A DNA stretch of 63,414 nt, the filler included, from Octopus bimaculoides (lineage: Eukaryota), in the NCBI RefSeq assembly GCF_001194135.2. It is 6 parts of 5 records of this genome, joined end to end, with 100 filler letters (N's around TTAATTAATTAA, not from the genome) between each part and the next. Parts side by side here need not be neighbours in the genome. Positions count along the whole stretch, not along the records: positions 27,073 to 46,488 come from NC_068982.1; 5 more parts are not named here. One strand, 5' to 3'. Numbering within the stretch: the first letter of the stretch is position 1; each line of letters begins with the position of its first letter. Below the pieces are notes generated by a model. That model was not told the origin of the DNA, searched no databases, and was given only the letters and a program-made list of their open reading frames with translations. Below are positions 28,261-41,723 of this stretch, in pieces. The position numbers and the translations under genes are program-made.

Positions 28261-29564
28261 AGAAATTATTTATCCACCAGTGCAGTGTTGAGCACACATC
28301 CCATCGTTTTACATTTACGTATATATATATATATNNNNNNNNNNNNNNNNNNNNNNNNNNNNNNNNNNNNNNNNNNNNNNNNNNNNNNNNNNNNNNNNNN
28401 NNNNNNNNNNNNNNNNNNNNNNNNNNNNNNNNNNNNNNNNNNNNNNNNNNNNNNNNNNNNNNNNNNNNNNNNNNNNNNNNNNNNNNNNNNNNNNNNNNNN
28501 NNNNNNNNNNNNNNNNNNNNNNNNNNNNNNNNNNNNNNNNNNNNNNNNNNNNNNNNNNNNNNNNNNNNNNNNNNNNNNNNNNNNNNNNNNNNNNNNNNNN
28601 NNNNNNNNNNNNNNNNNNNNNNNNNNNNNNNNNNNNNNNNNNNNNNNNNNNNNNNNNNNNNNNNNNNNNNNNNNNNNNNNNNNNNNNNNNNNNNNNNNNN
28701 NNNNNNNNNNNNNNNNNNNNNNNNNNNNNNNNNNNNNNNNNNNNNNNNNNNNNNNNNNNNNNNNNNNNNNNNNNNNNNNNNNNNNNNNNNNNNNNNNNNN
28801 NNNNNNNNNNNNNNNNNNNNNNNNNNNNNNNNNNNNNNNNNNNNNNNNNNNNNNNNNNNNNNNNNNNNNNNNNNNNNNNNNNNNNNNNNNNNNNNNNNNN
28901 NNNNNNNNNNNNNNNNNNNNNNNNNNNNNNNNNNNNNNNNNNNNNNNNNNNNNNNNNNNNNNNNNNNNNNNNNNNNNNNNNNNNNNNNNNNNNNNNNNNN
29001 NNNNNNNNNNNNNNNNNNNNNNNNNNNNNNNNNNNNNNNNNNNNNNNNNNNNNNNNNNNNNNNNNNNNNNNNNNNNNNNNNNNNNNNNNNNNNNNNNNNN
29101 NNNNNNNNNNNNNNNNNNNNNNNNNNNNNNNNCTTAGCAAAATTCTTCTTCCTCTTCCGACTAATATTGTTTCTTATGGAAACAATATAATTCGATATGG
29201 CTCAATCCCATCAAACACCAAATTAAAAAAAGAAGAAGGCTACCAATCACGTGTAGTTGTTTAAATTATATAAATGTATCTGCTTCCGGTATGTAGCACA
29301 TATTTTTGCTAGCACTGTTAAACTGTAATAACAAAGAGTGAAAAATAGTGATAAATTTGAGTTAATTAAAAGAAAAGAAACAGAACACTGCTGATATGCA
29401 GAATATTTTACTTTTTTTTATTAGAATTATGCAGTTGGATGCAAGACAGAAAGAGAAAAAGAGAGGGAGAGAGGATGGAGAATAAACTTGAAATTAAAAA
29501 GAAGAAAGTAAATTCATTTAAAATAGGAATATATTCTTTTACACATACACACTTGAACATAGAT

Positions 29565-29646
<82 letters not shown>

Positions 29647-29872
29647 GGAAGAGAAAACGTGGGTTTACTTTGAGTGTATACTGCATTAGCGTGCAGTAAG
29701 TAGCCTCAAGGGTCAGATTAAGATATTCTTAGATGAAAATGAAATGAAGAGAAAAAGGGAAAATGGGAGTGTAGTGAAACTACCTATCGCCATTAGATAC
29801 AAAACTGCTATCGCCATTCTTCTCATTTAAATATAAACAAACGCGAACGTAGGGGAAAACATTAACTTTGTC

Positions 29873-30017
29873 ATCACGTGACTGATCATTATTCGAATCG
29901 GCAACTTCTTCGAACCGTTCCCGCCAGAACGCAAACTGACCAATCACGGCCCCTAATAAGGTCACGTGATAGAGTAAAATTCTGAAGCCATCGGGGGCCC
30001 ATAGTTTGTTATAAATA
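29873..30017 (+). promoter_or_regulatory. Candidate Pol II promoter: two E-boxes, CCAAT box, TATA box
   Basis: ATCACGTGAC (29873-29882), CCAATCAC (29940-29947), GTCACGTGAT (29961-29970), TATAAATA (30010-30017), in CpG-retaining non-repetitive sequence. The downstream sequence enters an N gap at 30115. Confidence 0.55.
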
Positions 30018-32279
30018 GCTTTAACTCGGCAACCAAATTTGTCTCGGTCCAGTTTCTCTCAGAAACTGTTCCGTGTACCACACGACAGCAGCAGCAGTTC
30101 CAGCGACCACTTCANNNNNNNNNNNNNNNNNNNNNNNNNNNNNNNNNNNNNNNNNNNNNNNNNNNNNNNNNNNNNNNNNNNNNNNNNNNNNNNNNNNNNN
30201 NNNNNNNNNNNNNNNNNNNNNNNNNNNNNNNNNNNNNNNNNNNNNNNNNNNNNNNNNNNNNNNNNNNNNNNNNNNNNNNNNNNNNNNNNNNNNNNNNNNN
30301 NNNNNNNNNNNNNNNNNNNNNNNNNNNNNNNNNNNNNNNNNNNNNNNNNNNNNNNNNNNNNNNNNNNNNNNNNNNNNNNNNNNNNNNNNNNNNNNNNNNN
30401 NNNNNNNNNNNNNNNNNNNNNNNNNNNNNNNNNNNNNNNNNNNNNNNNNNNNNNNNNNNNNNNNNNNNNNNNNNNNNNNNNNNNNNNNNNNNNNNNNNNN
30501 NNNNNNNNNNNNNNNNNNNNNNNNNNNNNNNNNNNNNNNNNNNNNNNNNNNNNNNNNNNNNNNNNNNNNNNNNNNNNNNNNNNNNNNNNNNNNNNNNNNN
30601 NNNNNNNNNNNNNNNNNNNNNNNNNNNNNNNNNNNNNNNNNNNNNNNNNNNNNNNNNNNNNNNNNNNNNNNNNNNNNNNNNNNNNNNNNNNNNNNNNNNN
30701 NNNNNNNNNNNNNNNNNNNNACTCTCTTTCTATTTGCTGTAAACACTCATACACACATGTATCACTCACATACACACTTTTCTTTGTATGACGGCCTGTC
30801 TTTGATTATGTTCTTATATGTCGCATTCACACTCTCACACAGACATACACTTTAACGCCATAATAAATATCTCTGTTATTCATCTAATACGGTTGTGGTC
30901 TTTCATTACTGGTCATCTATGTTATCGTCGCATAACATATCTTGTATATCATCATTGATATATATATTTTGTGTTCGACCGTGTGACGCGTTTAAATAAA
31001 AGGAGTCCTCTGTTTTTCCATTCGTCACCATATCTCCTTTTTGAGTTCGCACGGTCGTTCCTTACAGGAGAAACATCAGGAAAATAACAAGGAGAAAATA
31101 TCACATGAGGTGTTATTACAGCTGAACTTCACATCGAATTTAAGACAATCATTTATAAATTTTTTAAATCTAGCATTTTGTATTCATTCATTACATTACT
31201 ATCATTACATTTTGACGAGATCATATTCTTTACTGATAAGATGTAGCTTTAAAGAGAATATTTTCAAGAACTAACCTAAGGTTACAACCGTGCCGGGTAA
31301 GCTGAACTTCGGCGCCCTTACACACACATACATACATACATGCATACATACATACATGCATACATACATACATGCATACATACATACATACATGTGTGTG
31401 TGTGTGTGTGTGTGTATGTGTGTGTGTAATAGGGATGATGGAATCCTTAGTCGATATGGTGATCCACATGGTTTGCTATTCTAGAAGCAACTGTAAAAGA
31501 CTGTATGTTTATATTCTCTGTCTAAATTAAATATTTTTCAACTGATGCAAAACGTTTTGCTTTTTCATTTTCACTTTAACTTATATAAATGTATATATAT
31601 AGCTTTCACAGAGAATAAAACCTGTAAATATACGAATAAGTTGTTTATTACCAGAAAAACACTATGACTTTCATCCTTTCGTGGGCAATAAAATATAATA
31701 ATCCAAGACGGTGTATTGTTACCTTGCAGTATTTGTTCCGGCTCTTTTCACTGTGTTTAAATGCTTTCCATAGGTAGTATCTGAACATAGCGTCCTTCGA
31801 TTTAACACCTCCACTGCTTGGTTCTTGGTTGTCTTATTAAAAGCATTTGGATCAGGTCACCAGTTTGACGATTCCTCATGCTCGTGAGTCTAAGAGGCTT
31901 TGAAAAAGATCATAGACGCAGCCTCAAGATCCCAAACAAGATACTTGATGCCGCCAACCAAGTGGTGCTCCGAACGACTTCCCGTTTGATCGGTGCTTTC
32001 AGATGACCCCGAATGTTCCTATAGAATTTATTAGATAGTTTTAAAATGCCTCAAAAAAAATTCTACTGAGATGTCATAAATTATTGTCAAATTTAGTTAG
32101 AAGTAAGTAGTAAAGTGTAGTGTTGTGTCATTTTCAATATGGTGATGTAATGTAAGGCGGCTGGCAGAATCGTTATCGCGCCAAGAAATATGCTTAGCGG
32201 CATTCCGTCTGTCTTTACGTTTGAGTTCAAATTGCCTTTCATTTTTTCGGAGCAGATAAAATAAGTACCAGTTGAACGG

Positions 32280-32726
32280 TTACAGGTAAGTTCACCACCA
32301 TCAATGCACCGCAGGGAAAATTCACCGTGAAGAAGTCTCACGGTGAGGTAAGTTCACCGCGAGGAAAGTTTACCAAGAAAATATATCCATAGTTCCTTAT
32401 CATTAATACTCTTTACTCTCTTTTACTCTTTTACTTGTTTCAGTCATTTGACTGTGGCCATGCTGGAGCACCGCCTTTAGTCGAGCAAATCGTCCCCAGG
32501 ACTTATTCTTTGTAAGCCTAGTACTTATTTTATCGGTCTCTTTTGCCGAACCGCTAAGTTACGGGAACCTAAACACACCAGCATCGGTTGTCAGGCGATG
32601 TTNNNNNNNNNNNNNNNNNNNNNNNNNNNNNNNNNNNNNNNNNNNNNNNNNNNNNNNNNNNNNNNNNNNNNNNNNNNNNNNNNNNNNNNNNNNNNNNNNN
32701 NNNNNNNNNNNNNNNNNNNNNNNNNN

Positions 32727-32770
<44 letters not shown>

Positions 32771-32997
32771 GACGGGCTTCTTTCAGTTTCCGTCTACCAA
32801 ATCCACTCACAAGGCTTTGGTCGGCCCGAGGTTATAGTAGAAGACACTTGCCCAAGGTGCCACGCAGTGGGACTGAACCCGGAACCATGTGGTTGATAAG
32901 CAAGCTACTTACCGCACAGCCACTCCTACGCCTGTTAAAAACTATTTTATTGAAAAGCAAAAAAATGGTGAATTGATGACGGTGAACTTATCGGTCA
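32280..32997. mobile_element. TIR element with repeated TTCACC subterminal motifs, inside SINE B and containing SINE A
   Basis: Left ttacaggtaagttcaccaccatcaatgcacc versus right-end reverse complement tgaccgataagttcaccgtcatcaattcacc. SINE B sequence resumes at 32998. Confidence 0.7.
32410..32933 (-). mobile_element. SINE family A copy, well conserved, with a gap in its central microsatellite
   Basis: ttttacttgtttcagtcatttgactgtggcc ... gggactgaacccggaaccatgtgg ... gccactcctacgcc. Confidence 0.85.
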
Positions 32998-33659
32998 TGC
33001 AGTGGAGTCGATGTAATCGACTTAACCCCCTCTCCTGAACATGCTAGCCTTGTACCAAAATTTGAAACCAATATGTTAATGTAATGCAAATTATTTTCCA
33101 CGGTTTCAGAGTTTTATTACCTTTTGCTTATATGCATGCATGCATTTTCCTTACGAGAAAGTTCTTTCTATCGTCAAGAAGAATAAAGAACAGTGGTTGT
33201 CAGTTATCATGTTTTTAGTCAAACAAATTACTTATAACTTGTTAGAAAGAATGTTTGTGGATAATGGGAATCGAATCACATCATTGGGTTTCCTGATATG
33301 TTGCCCTACCAGAAGATAAATGTTTGCTAAGAAGCAATCTCATTAGTATTATAAATCAATCATGTAATTTCTTGCCTGCGTGTGTACGGATTCGCTTCAA
33401 ATGAGGTTGTGCTGAAGGAGAACACTTACAAATAAATATTCCTGTTAGCAACGTCACATTTCAATGTTCCATACAAATGGTACAAAGTAAATGTTTAATG
33501 CAAGTGTACACGTTCTATCATGGAAGATAGGCGAGTATATTTCAACTCCGACGGAACTTTTAAAACTATCAGATGATAGCCTGCAACATAATTTCAATGA
33601 TAATACTTCACTTAATTGATGCAGATAATTTCTTTAGGGAATGATATGAACATCGAAAT

Positions 33660-33759
<100 letters not shown>

Positions 33760-34708
33760 GATATATTTTGGTAATTGGTTTGTGACCTCAACCGCCTTGC
33801 AATTTTCATCGACATCAATCATAATAATTTCATTTACTATTGATTAAATCGGGCCCCATTCTCTCTCAACACAAAGTGGTTTTATTATTTATGAAATAAA
33901 TTCAAGATATTTCATTTATTTCAGAAATGTACTCATTGCAAATTAAGAGAAAACAACTCAAGTATAAGAATTAGGACATTTTTATTCATGTTTTGACATA
34001 AAATTGTACATATCTATTGTAATACTAATATAAAGAACAAATAGATCAATTCTAAACGATATACTTCAGATTTTTACACCTGAAAAATAGATTTGTTACT
34101 AATGCTTCAACTCTCCATATTCAAATTGATCGATAGGTGTTCAAAGAAATTGTACTTGAATATCACAGGTATTGAATCTTAGTATGTGAAATATCTTGCT
34201 GTCCTAGAATGTGAAATATCTTGCTTTCACTAAGAGACAATTTCATTTATGCGTATATGCATATATACAGGTCGACATATATGTATATACGCATGCAAAC
34301 AGACATCATCTCCTAATACAATAATGAGCGTAGTGTTTTTATATATTTGTATATATATATATTTGTCCCAAATCACTCAGTAGGGGTGAAAAGGGAAAAG
34401 AGAAAATAGTAACTCAGTGAAGGAGAAGTAGTGAGAGTAATAGCCATGACTGAGAGTGAGTGAGTGAGAGAAAGTAATAACAATGAGGGAACGGAAGCGT
34501 CAAAGAGAGCGTCGTGTATCTTCTACTATAATAATCTATTATAATAATATTCTTTTGTACTTCTCCCTCACAACATATGAATGAGAAAGGAAGAGGTGAT
34601 CCGCCGATGGAAGTGGGATTGTGAAAAGTCAACGGTGAAACAAAAATCAAACAACACTTCAGCTCTGTGTGAGCATGTGTGTGTGCGTGAAAAAGAGAGG
34701 AATGTGAA

Positions 34709-34765
<57 letters not shown>

Positions 34766-34872
34766 TTTTGTGTAAAATATATTTATATATTTGAGTGAGT
34801 GTGTATGTATTTGTGTATGTTTATTTAGAAAGATCCATAAATAAAATTAAAGACACACGCGCATTTACACAT

Positions 34873-34931
<59 letters not shown>

Positions 34932-35599
34932 TAAACAGAAGGGAGCGGACTGTGACGAAGTGTAGAAATCCGCGTTTGCTACAGACTGTGCTACTCATAC
35001 ATATAAGTGTATACATATGCACACGCACACACACACACACACACATACACACACACACACAAACATACAAACACATACACACATACACACGCATACTTAC
35101 ACAGAGTTGAAACAGTTTGATTTTTTTTCACCTTTTTTACCCTTTTTATATATAAAATACTACAATTAGCAATCATTTTTGACGGCACGGGGTCAGTTCG
35201 TAAATAAGAATGGCGAATTATGCATCTTCAAAAGTTGTTTGTTACAGTATTGTTCCTATAAAATTCACATTAGATTCCAGTCCGACACGTGTTTCGGTTG
35301 CATATGTGTCCTAATGTCCTTTGACATTTATGTGCATTTAATTGGTTCAATTGCAGTACATATTCATCCAGCATAGACATTTCTATGTAGCTTCGCGGGT
35401 GGGTGAAGCAAACTGAGGAATTCAGACTTCTAAGTATACAAAATAATATATTTCCTCAAATTCTAAAAGTTCAGTTTAGTTTTAAATGTTACCAAAACTA
35501 TTGCCATATCTTATTTCAAAGTAATCTCTAATACACTAAGACTTTATTATTTGTTCATGTAGAATATATTTTAAGAAGGTCTATCTAACACTGAAGCCT

Positions 35600-36285
35600 T
35601 CACTTCGCCTCACCCACCTGCAGGATGACCGAACTCTTTTCAGCAGTGATCATAAACCCTTGTCTCATCTCCAGTGATGATTGTCTTCAGGAAGTTTGGG
35701 TCATGGCTTGCACAGTCCAGCATGTCCTGGGCGATTTCCATGAGGAGTTGCTTCACCTGCTCCGCCAAGCACCTTCAGAACGAATTTGCCGACATTGTCC
35801 GCTTGCACAAATCTTCTGTTAAAATAGAATGCGCTGATCCTGTGCTTATCCCACTTCGTGAAGAATTTTCTAGATTGTTACACAATAGTCTTCCATGACT
35901 ATTTGCTGAATCTTCCCAAACAGTTCCTCATTTCGGCTAATTCATAGCCTGCCCGAGCGTGCCTCACTCTCCACTGAAGTGCGACCATGTTTGAAGCGTT
36001 TGTACCACTCCATGATCTGAGTTTTGTCCATGGCATCATCGCCAAAGGCTTGCTGAATCTTCTAGAAGATTTGAGCGTGAGTATCACCAAGCTTTTGACA
36101 AAATGTGATGCAATATCTCTGCATGAAAACGAAAATCCGATAAGCGCACACTACTCGTCCGTACTCTAGGCGTACCAGCCGAAAACTGACGCGGCCCACC
36201 GGCGTGAAAATTTTTCCCGCATGCGGGGAAAGGTGGCACGACTTCTCGTTAGTTTTATCGGCAGATACTTCTTGAACGCACCCCG
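35600..36285 (-). mobile_element. Mariner element, left end plus 5' half of a decayed transposase
   Basis: Minus strand starts TA-CGGGGTGCGTTCAAGAAGT (mariner-type TIR). Translation: MQRYCITFCQKLGDTHAQIF*KIQQAFGDDAMDKTQIMEWYKRFKHGRTSVESEARSGR...ISTGSAHSILTEDL...SAKFV, i.e. the HTH domains and the WVP-equivalent region. Confidence 0.88.
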
Positions 36286-37470
36286 TATTACGTATTAATG
36301 GCCATGTACCTAGCATACGTACATTCCCTGCTTATGCACTGCATTTGTCTCTTCCTTGGATTGAAGTTTCTCATCAAATCGTTATCGCACAGAAAGCATT
36401 GACAGCTCGCTTTCTCTTTCACAGTCTCTGTCTAGCTCTCTCTTTCCCTCCCTCACACACACACACACACACACATATATATCTTTCCTTCACTCTTTTA
36501 TATACATATACATATGAAGTGAACGGATGTGTGTATGTGCGCGTGTTTGTGTGTGCGCGCGTTTGTGTGTGCGCGTGTGTGTGTGTATGAGAGAGAGAGA
36601 AATGGTGCGAAGGGGAGAAGATTTCTCTGTGAACTATATTCCATCATCTCTGGTTTAACCAATTTCTGTTTATATCATCCACCTTCTTGCGTGTATTCAT
36701 AAATGATCTATTTAGTTATTCCGATCACACACAGTCCAGATGATACGTTTTTGGTTCATTTACAAACCTTCTGAACGCAGATATTTCATCTGCAACACTT
36801 AAGTGCGGCATAATTATGAATACTAGTCACATAATGCTTTTCTTTTTCTTGATTTTGTATATATGCATTTTGGATATATACATACGCGCACGCGCACGCA
36901 CACACATGCACACACACACACACACAACAACACACACAACAACACACACATACATATATAGATAGATACATACATACACACACGCACGCATATACGTATA
37001 CACACAAAATAAAGAGGAAGAAAAGCGTCATGTGACTAGTATACATATATATAATAGATATGTGCAATATAGAATATATGAGATATATATATATATATAT
37101 ATTTCTATGTATATGTATATATATGATTTATAGTACATATATACATATATATATATATATATTTTTTTTTTCCTACCAACTTATACATGAACTACTATTG
37201 AACTACAAAAGCTCAAAGACAATATAATGTATGGGTATATTTATTTTTTTTATATATTATTGTTTTATATATTATTTTCTTCATTTTGTACTTTTTTGTA
37301 CTTCTTTGTAAAAAAACATTTTCATTCTCCTTCTTCTTGATAATTTGCTTCATCGCAATGAAAACCGGTTAGNNNNNNNNNNNNNNNNNNNNNNNNNNNN
37401 NNNNNNNNNNNNNNNNNNNNNNNNNNNNNNNNNNNNNNNNNNNNNNNNNNNNNNNNNNNNNNNNNNNNNN

Positions 37471-37537
<67 letters not shown>

Positions 37538-37649
37538 GTATACAGACGCGCGCGCGCGCATATATACACGAGCATATATACACGTGCATATATGTATACA
37601 GGATAACGGTGACGTCTGGATACATTGGCACAAATCTATATTTTCAATA

Positions 37650-38110
37650 ATCTTATTCAATGCGGATTCTTTTGTGACGCGAACCAAACATTCTGTCTTT
37701 TAACCTTACCGTTTACGCAAAACAGAGCGTTGTCGCGAAGCAGCCCACGATCCTCTGTAAAGGGGTCGATTTCATCCAATTGATTAAATAACCATTCGCG
37801 CATCTCCAGTCGTCTGTCGGTCTCAAACTCTGTTAAATCGTGCAAGATTTGTAACTTGTACAGATATAATTCCACTTTGTTTTTGTTTTTTGTTTTGCTT
37901 TTTTTTTTTTTGTTTTTTTAAAGATTTGTCCGATGATTTCTCGAGAACATCCAGTTCTTTGAATATCCTGCGAAATGACCTTTTGTGGCTAGCAGAAAGA
38001 CCTTAGCCATTATAGCTTCTTTCGTTTCATTCTTTACAGTTGAGCGTCCGGAACGGAGTTTGTCTAAAAACACTGCCTATTTCTTTAAATCTCTTAACCA
38101 TCTTCCCAGC
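37650..38110 (-). mobile_element. Tc1/mariner-superfamily transposase fragment, distinct from the element at 35600
   Basis: KMVKRFKEIGSV (HTH) followed by YKLQILHDLTEFETDRRLEMREWLFNQLDEIDPF...DNALFCVNGKVKRQNVWFASQKNPH, similar to the [26 protein letters not shown]-type motif. Interrupted by a T-rich run. Confidence 0.75.
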
Positions 38111-39365
38111 TGGTGAAGTTCCTTCCCGAGTCACATAGACTCATAAGGGTTAGTTTCCCGGTTTCCATGGCGTATATATATTTCCCACCCCGTCGCAAGA
38201 TTACTCATTTTTGCCAGCTGAGTGGACTAGATCAACGTGAAATGAAGTGTTTTGCTTAAGAACTCAGTGCGTCGCTCGGTCCAGGAATCAAAATGTGACA
38301 TTGGGGATCCACAGTTATATTTTAAGCATCCATGAAAGAATTTTGTTTTAAATGTATTTATTGCAAGAAACAGCAAGGTTTGTTTTTTAACGTTTTACAT
38401 AGTACAACCTACACAGATTAATGTGTCAAAAGTTAAATAGGAATTTTGAAAAAATATCTATAAAACTAGTTTTGAAACATCGAAAGGCTATGCTGGTTCC
38501 GTCAGAATAAAATAGTAATCAAAGGGCTCCTCATATAAAACTGGTTGAGAACTATGCTTTAGTGGGGATGTCTGATAACCAAAGATATATCGGAGGTTAC
38601 CATACTTTTCAAAGATTAGATTCCTTCGCCTCACTCCGCTGAGGCAGTCTCATGCAAATTTTAATTGTCTCCGTTGAATTTCTTGACTACATTTAATCAT
38701 GAAGGCCAATGAATCTTTATCTTCTTTAAATTTAGCATGTGGGGCAAAGTGCCCACTACATGAAAAACGTTTTTTCCCTAGTTAACTATTTACTCTTGTA
38801 TGTTATATACATTTAAGTATTATTTGAGACTTTTGTGTGACATAAATATTTGAACTGCTTCAAACCACTTAATTTGAAATCGTGAAACAGCTTTTCAATA
38901 CATTCATAATGTAATTTAGATAGCACTAGGCTATCGATGTAAAGATATGTTTTTATACTATCGCAGCTGATATTATCTTTAGTAGTAAACTGAATCTTTG
39001 ATGGTTGAGGAGGGCTAGAGATTAAATGATACATCTATGTTTAGAGGGATGAAACCAACCCCAATCCCGCAAAAATAACACTTTATACATTAAGGTTTTA
39101 AATATTGTTGATATAATCTTACACTTTGACACAACTGGCGAGTTATAAAATGTTTTAGTTGTATGCCGAATTTTTTTCTTTTTGCATCAGCAAAGATAAA
39201 TAAATGAAAATAAACACGGAGAAATGGTGGAGGAAAAAATTGGAGAGAGTATGTATATGTGTAACGGAATGAAATGGGGGGAAAATACATATTTGTTAAA
39301 AAAATAAACTTCATACTTTATGTGTGATGTATTCTACTATATATATATAGAGAGAGAGAGAGAGG

Positions 39366-39408
<43 letters not shown>

Positions 39409-40199
39409 GGAGAGAAAGAGACAGACAGACAGACAGACAGATAGATAGATATACACATGCATGTGCAAAGTTATGTATGTATGTTTGTCTATATGCATGT
39501 ATGTTTGTATGTATGCATGTATGTTTGTATATATGTATGTATGTTTGTATGCATGTATGTGTGCATGTATGCATGTATGTATGTATGTGCATATGAAAAT
39601 TCCCAATAAATTCCAAATTACATGCTTATATGTAATTTATGTTGAAATATATTGTAGGAAGCATATCTAGTCATATATACACATCTTTCCCATTTCATAC
39701 TGCATGTGTATGCACACACACATATATTGTATGTATGCATATATGTATGTAAGCACATATGCACGCATGTACACACACATATACACACACACATATACAC
39801 ATACACATATTATGTGGGAATATTCTCTTTTATTTTCAATTATTTCATGTCTTCTTGAAAGGAAGGGACTGGCTTCTCGTTGAAATGTATGTATAATGTA
39901 TGTGTACCACTCTCAATACTGAATGGGATCTGATCTGTATTAAAACCACAGTAAGAATGACAAGACGAAGCTAAGACAAAGCTGTATGGAGAACTTGTTA
40001 ATGGGGTCATACACAATTGGCAGGTTCAAATGATCGGGGAAGGCTGTTTTGGATAACAGAAGTAGGACATCATGCTTCAACGAGCAAACGAGTGTTGTGT
40101 ATTAATGCGTGAAGTTTAAACTATTCAATATGTGGCTTTGGGGATGATAAAATATATTTGTATAGCAACAGCACCATCCCAGATAATTGAATATTACTG

Positions 40200-40367
40200 T
40201 AATTTTATTTGCGCTTTTTAGAAGCTTTTTAGCTGAGGTGTTATAAGGAGCTCGCTTTGCAACCATATGTTTTCGAGTTCAGCCCTAGTGCGCGGCACCT
40301 CGAGTAAGTGTTTGACCAATGGATTGTGAGTGAATTTGGTAGACGTAAAGAATGTAGAAGCCTGTCA

Positions 40368-40375
<8 letters not shown>
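40200..40375 (+). mobile_element. SINE family A 5' half, diverged
   Basis: gagttcagccctagtgcgcggcacctcgagtaagtgt...gtgaatttggtagacg...aagcctgtc. Confidence 0.6.
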
Positions 40376-40400
<25 letters not shown>

Positions 40401-41094
40401 ACAAAAGTAAATGAGTATATGCATATATACGTACAGGTATGTGCATACCGACATCCACCTGTATGTATAGGTGCATATCTGGGTACAGGACATTGCAAAC
40501 AAACGTAGACGAGAACACACGAGCCACATAGAGAACATTCTACTTCATCAGCTACCCACGTTTTAACACCGGCGTTTCGACGAGCTTCGGGCAGGACGCA
40601 TCGTTAAAACGGCTCGTCCCATGGATCGCAGATTAAATTTGTATACGNNNNNNNNNNNNNNNNNNNNNNNNNNNNNNNNNNNNNNNNNNNNNNNNNNNNN
40701 NNNNNNNNNNNNNNNNNNNNNNNNNNNNNNNNNNNNNNNNNNNNNNNNNNNNNNNNNNNNNNNNNAAGGAGCAAGAATGCCCCTCATCATACGAATTAAT
40801 CACTATACAATACCCCTTGAAAAGCTAATTTAAATAGCGAAACCGGTTGGATTTTACAACACCCATGTAATATGTATATAAAAAAATATTAAACTATGCG
40901 AAACGAAAGCATTTTTCTTCATTTTTCTTTACATATTTTCAACCTACATATATATATATATGGCCCCAGGCTATAATAGAAGACACTTACCCAATGGAAC
41001 TGAACCTGGAGCCATGTGGTTGGGAAGCAAGCTTCTTACCATACAGCCACGCCTGCGCCTAGCTTCTTAGCTCTTTCTACTAATAAATATATCT

Positions 41095-41223
41095 AAAGCA
41101 AAACTTTTTCGTGGACCCTTAAAATACTACTATGGGTCTCAATTTACTATCTTGTTTGCATGGACACCCAAAAATCATATGTGGACACCTAAGGCTCATA
41201 TCGACCCTGGTTGAGAACCATTG
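41095..41223. mobile_element. Probable hAT-type MITE right end
   Basis: Ends GGTTGAGAACCATTG, close to the reverse complement of CAGTGGTTCTCAACC. Similar ends lie near 24090 and 38545. No partner TIR found. Confidence 0.4.
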
Positions 41224-41682
41224 GTATAAATGAATATCTTGGGAGAGAAATGGAGATTAAGAAAATATGGTGTCCGTGTGCCAAATGAATAGAGGTAGAG
41301 TTTGCGGATGAACGTGCGTGCGTTCAGAGCGAAGGTGAGTTATACAGTTTATAGGTCAGAATATGTACGATGGCTTGGAAATATAATGCTTAATATTCAA
41401 CACCATAAGCACTCGTTCATTCACAGTATTCTCTGCATTTTATTTGTTATGCAGTAAGTATTTTTTTTTTTTTTTTTGTGAAATGCAGATCAGATGAACT
41501 AGCAAAATTTCGGGGCAGTCTGCTACCAGCTGTGTTTATCTGTTTATGTGTAAACTTCCTACTTTCTAATTTATCGGTAACAGCTTTTAATACGGAGCGG
41601 GAACCTTGTATAAGGTTAACTTCTCAAAATAGGAATATAACATTTTATTTGTTATCGTTGATGGCATGCCCTAAGAACTTCT

Positions 41683-41723
<41 letters not shown>

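Noticed and set aside
33440-33582. Minus-strand frame LSSDSFKSSVGVEIYSPIFHDRTCTLALNIYF with a nearby YHLYG, reminiscent of a MAM domain
   Set aside because: YHLYG is in another frame behind a stop, and the acceptor has a weak pyrimidine tract. Probably coincidence.
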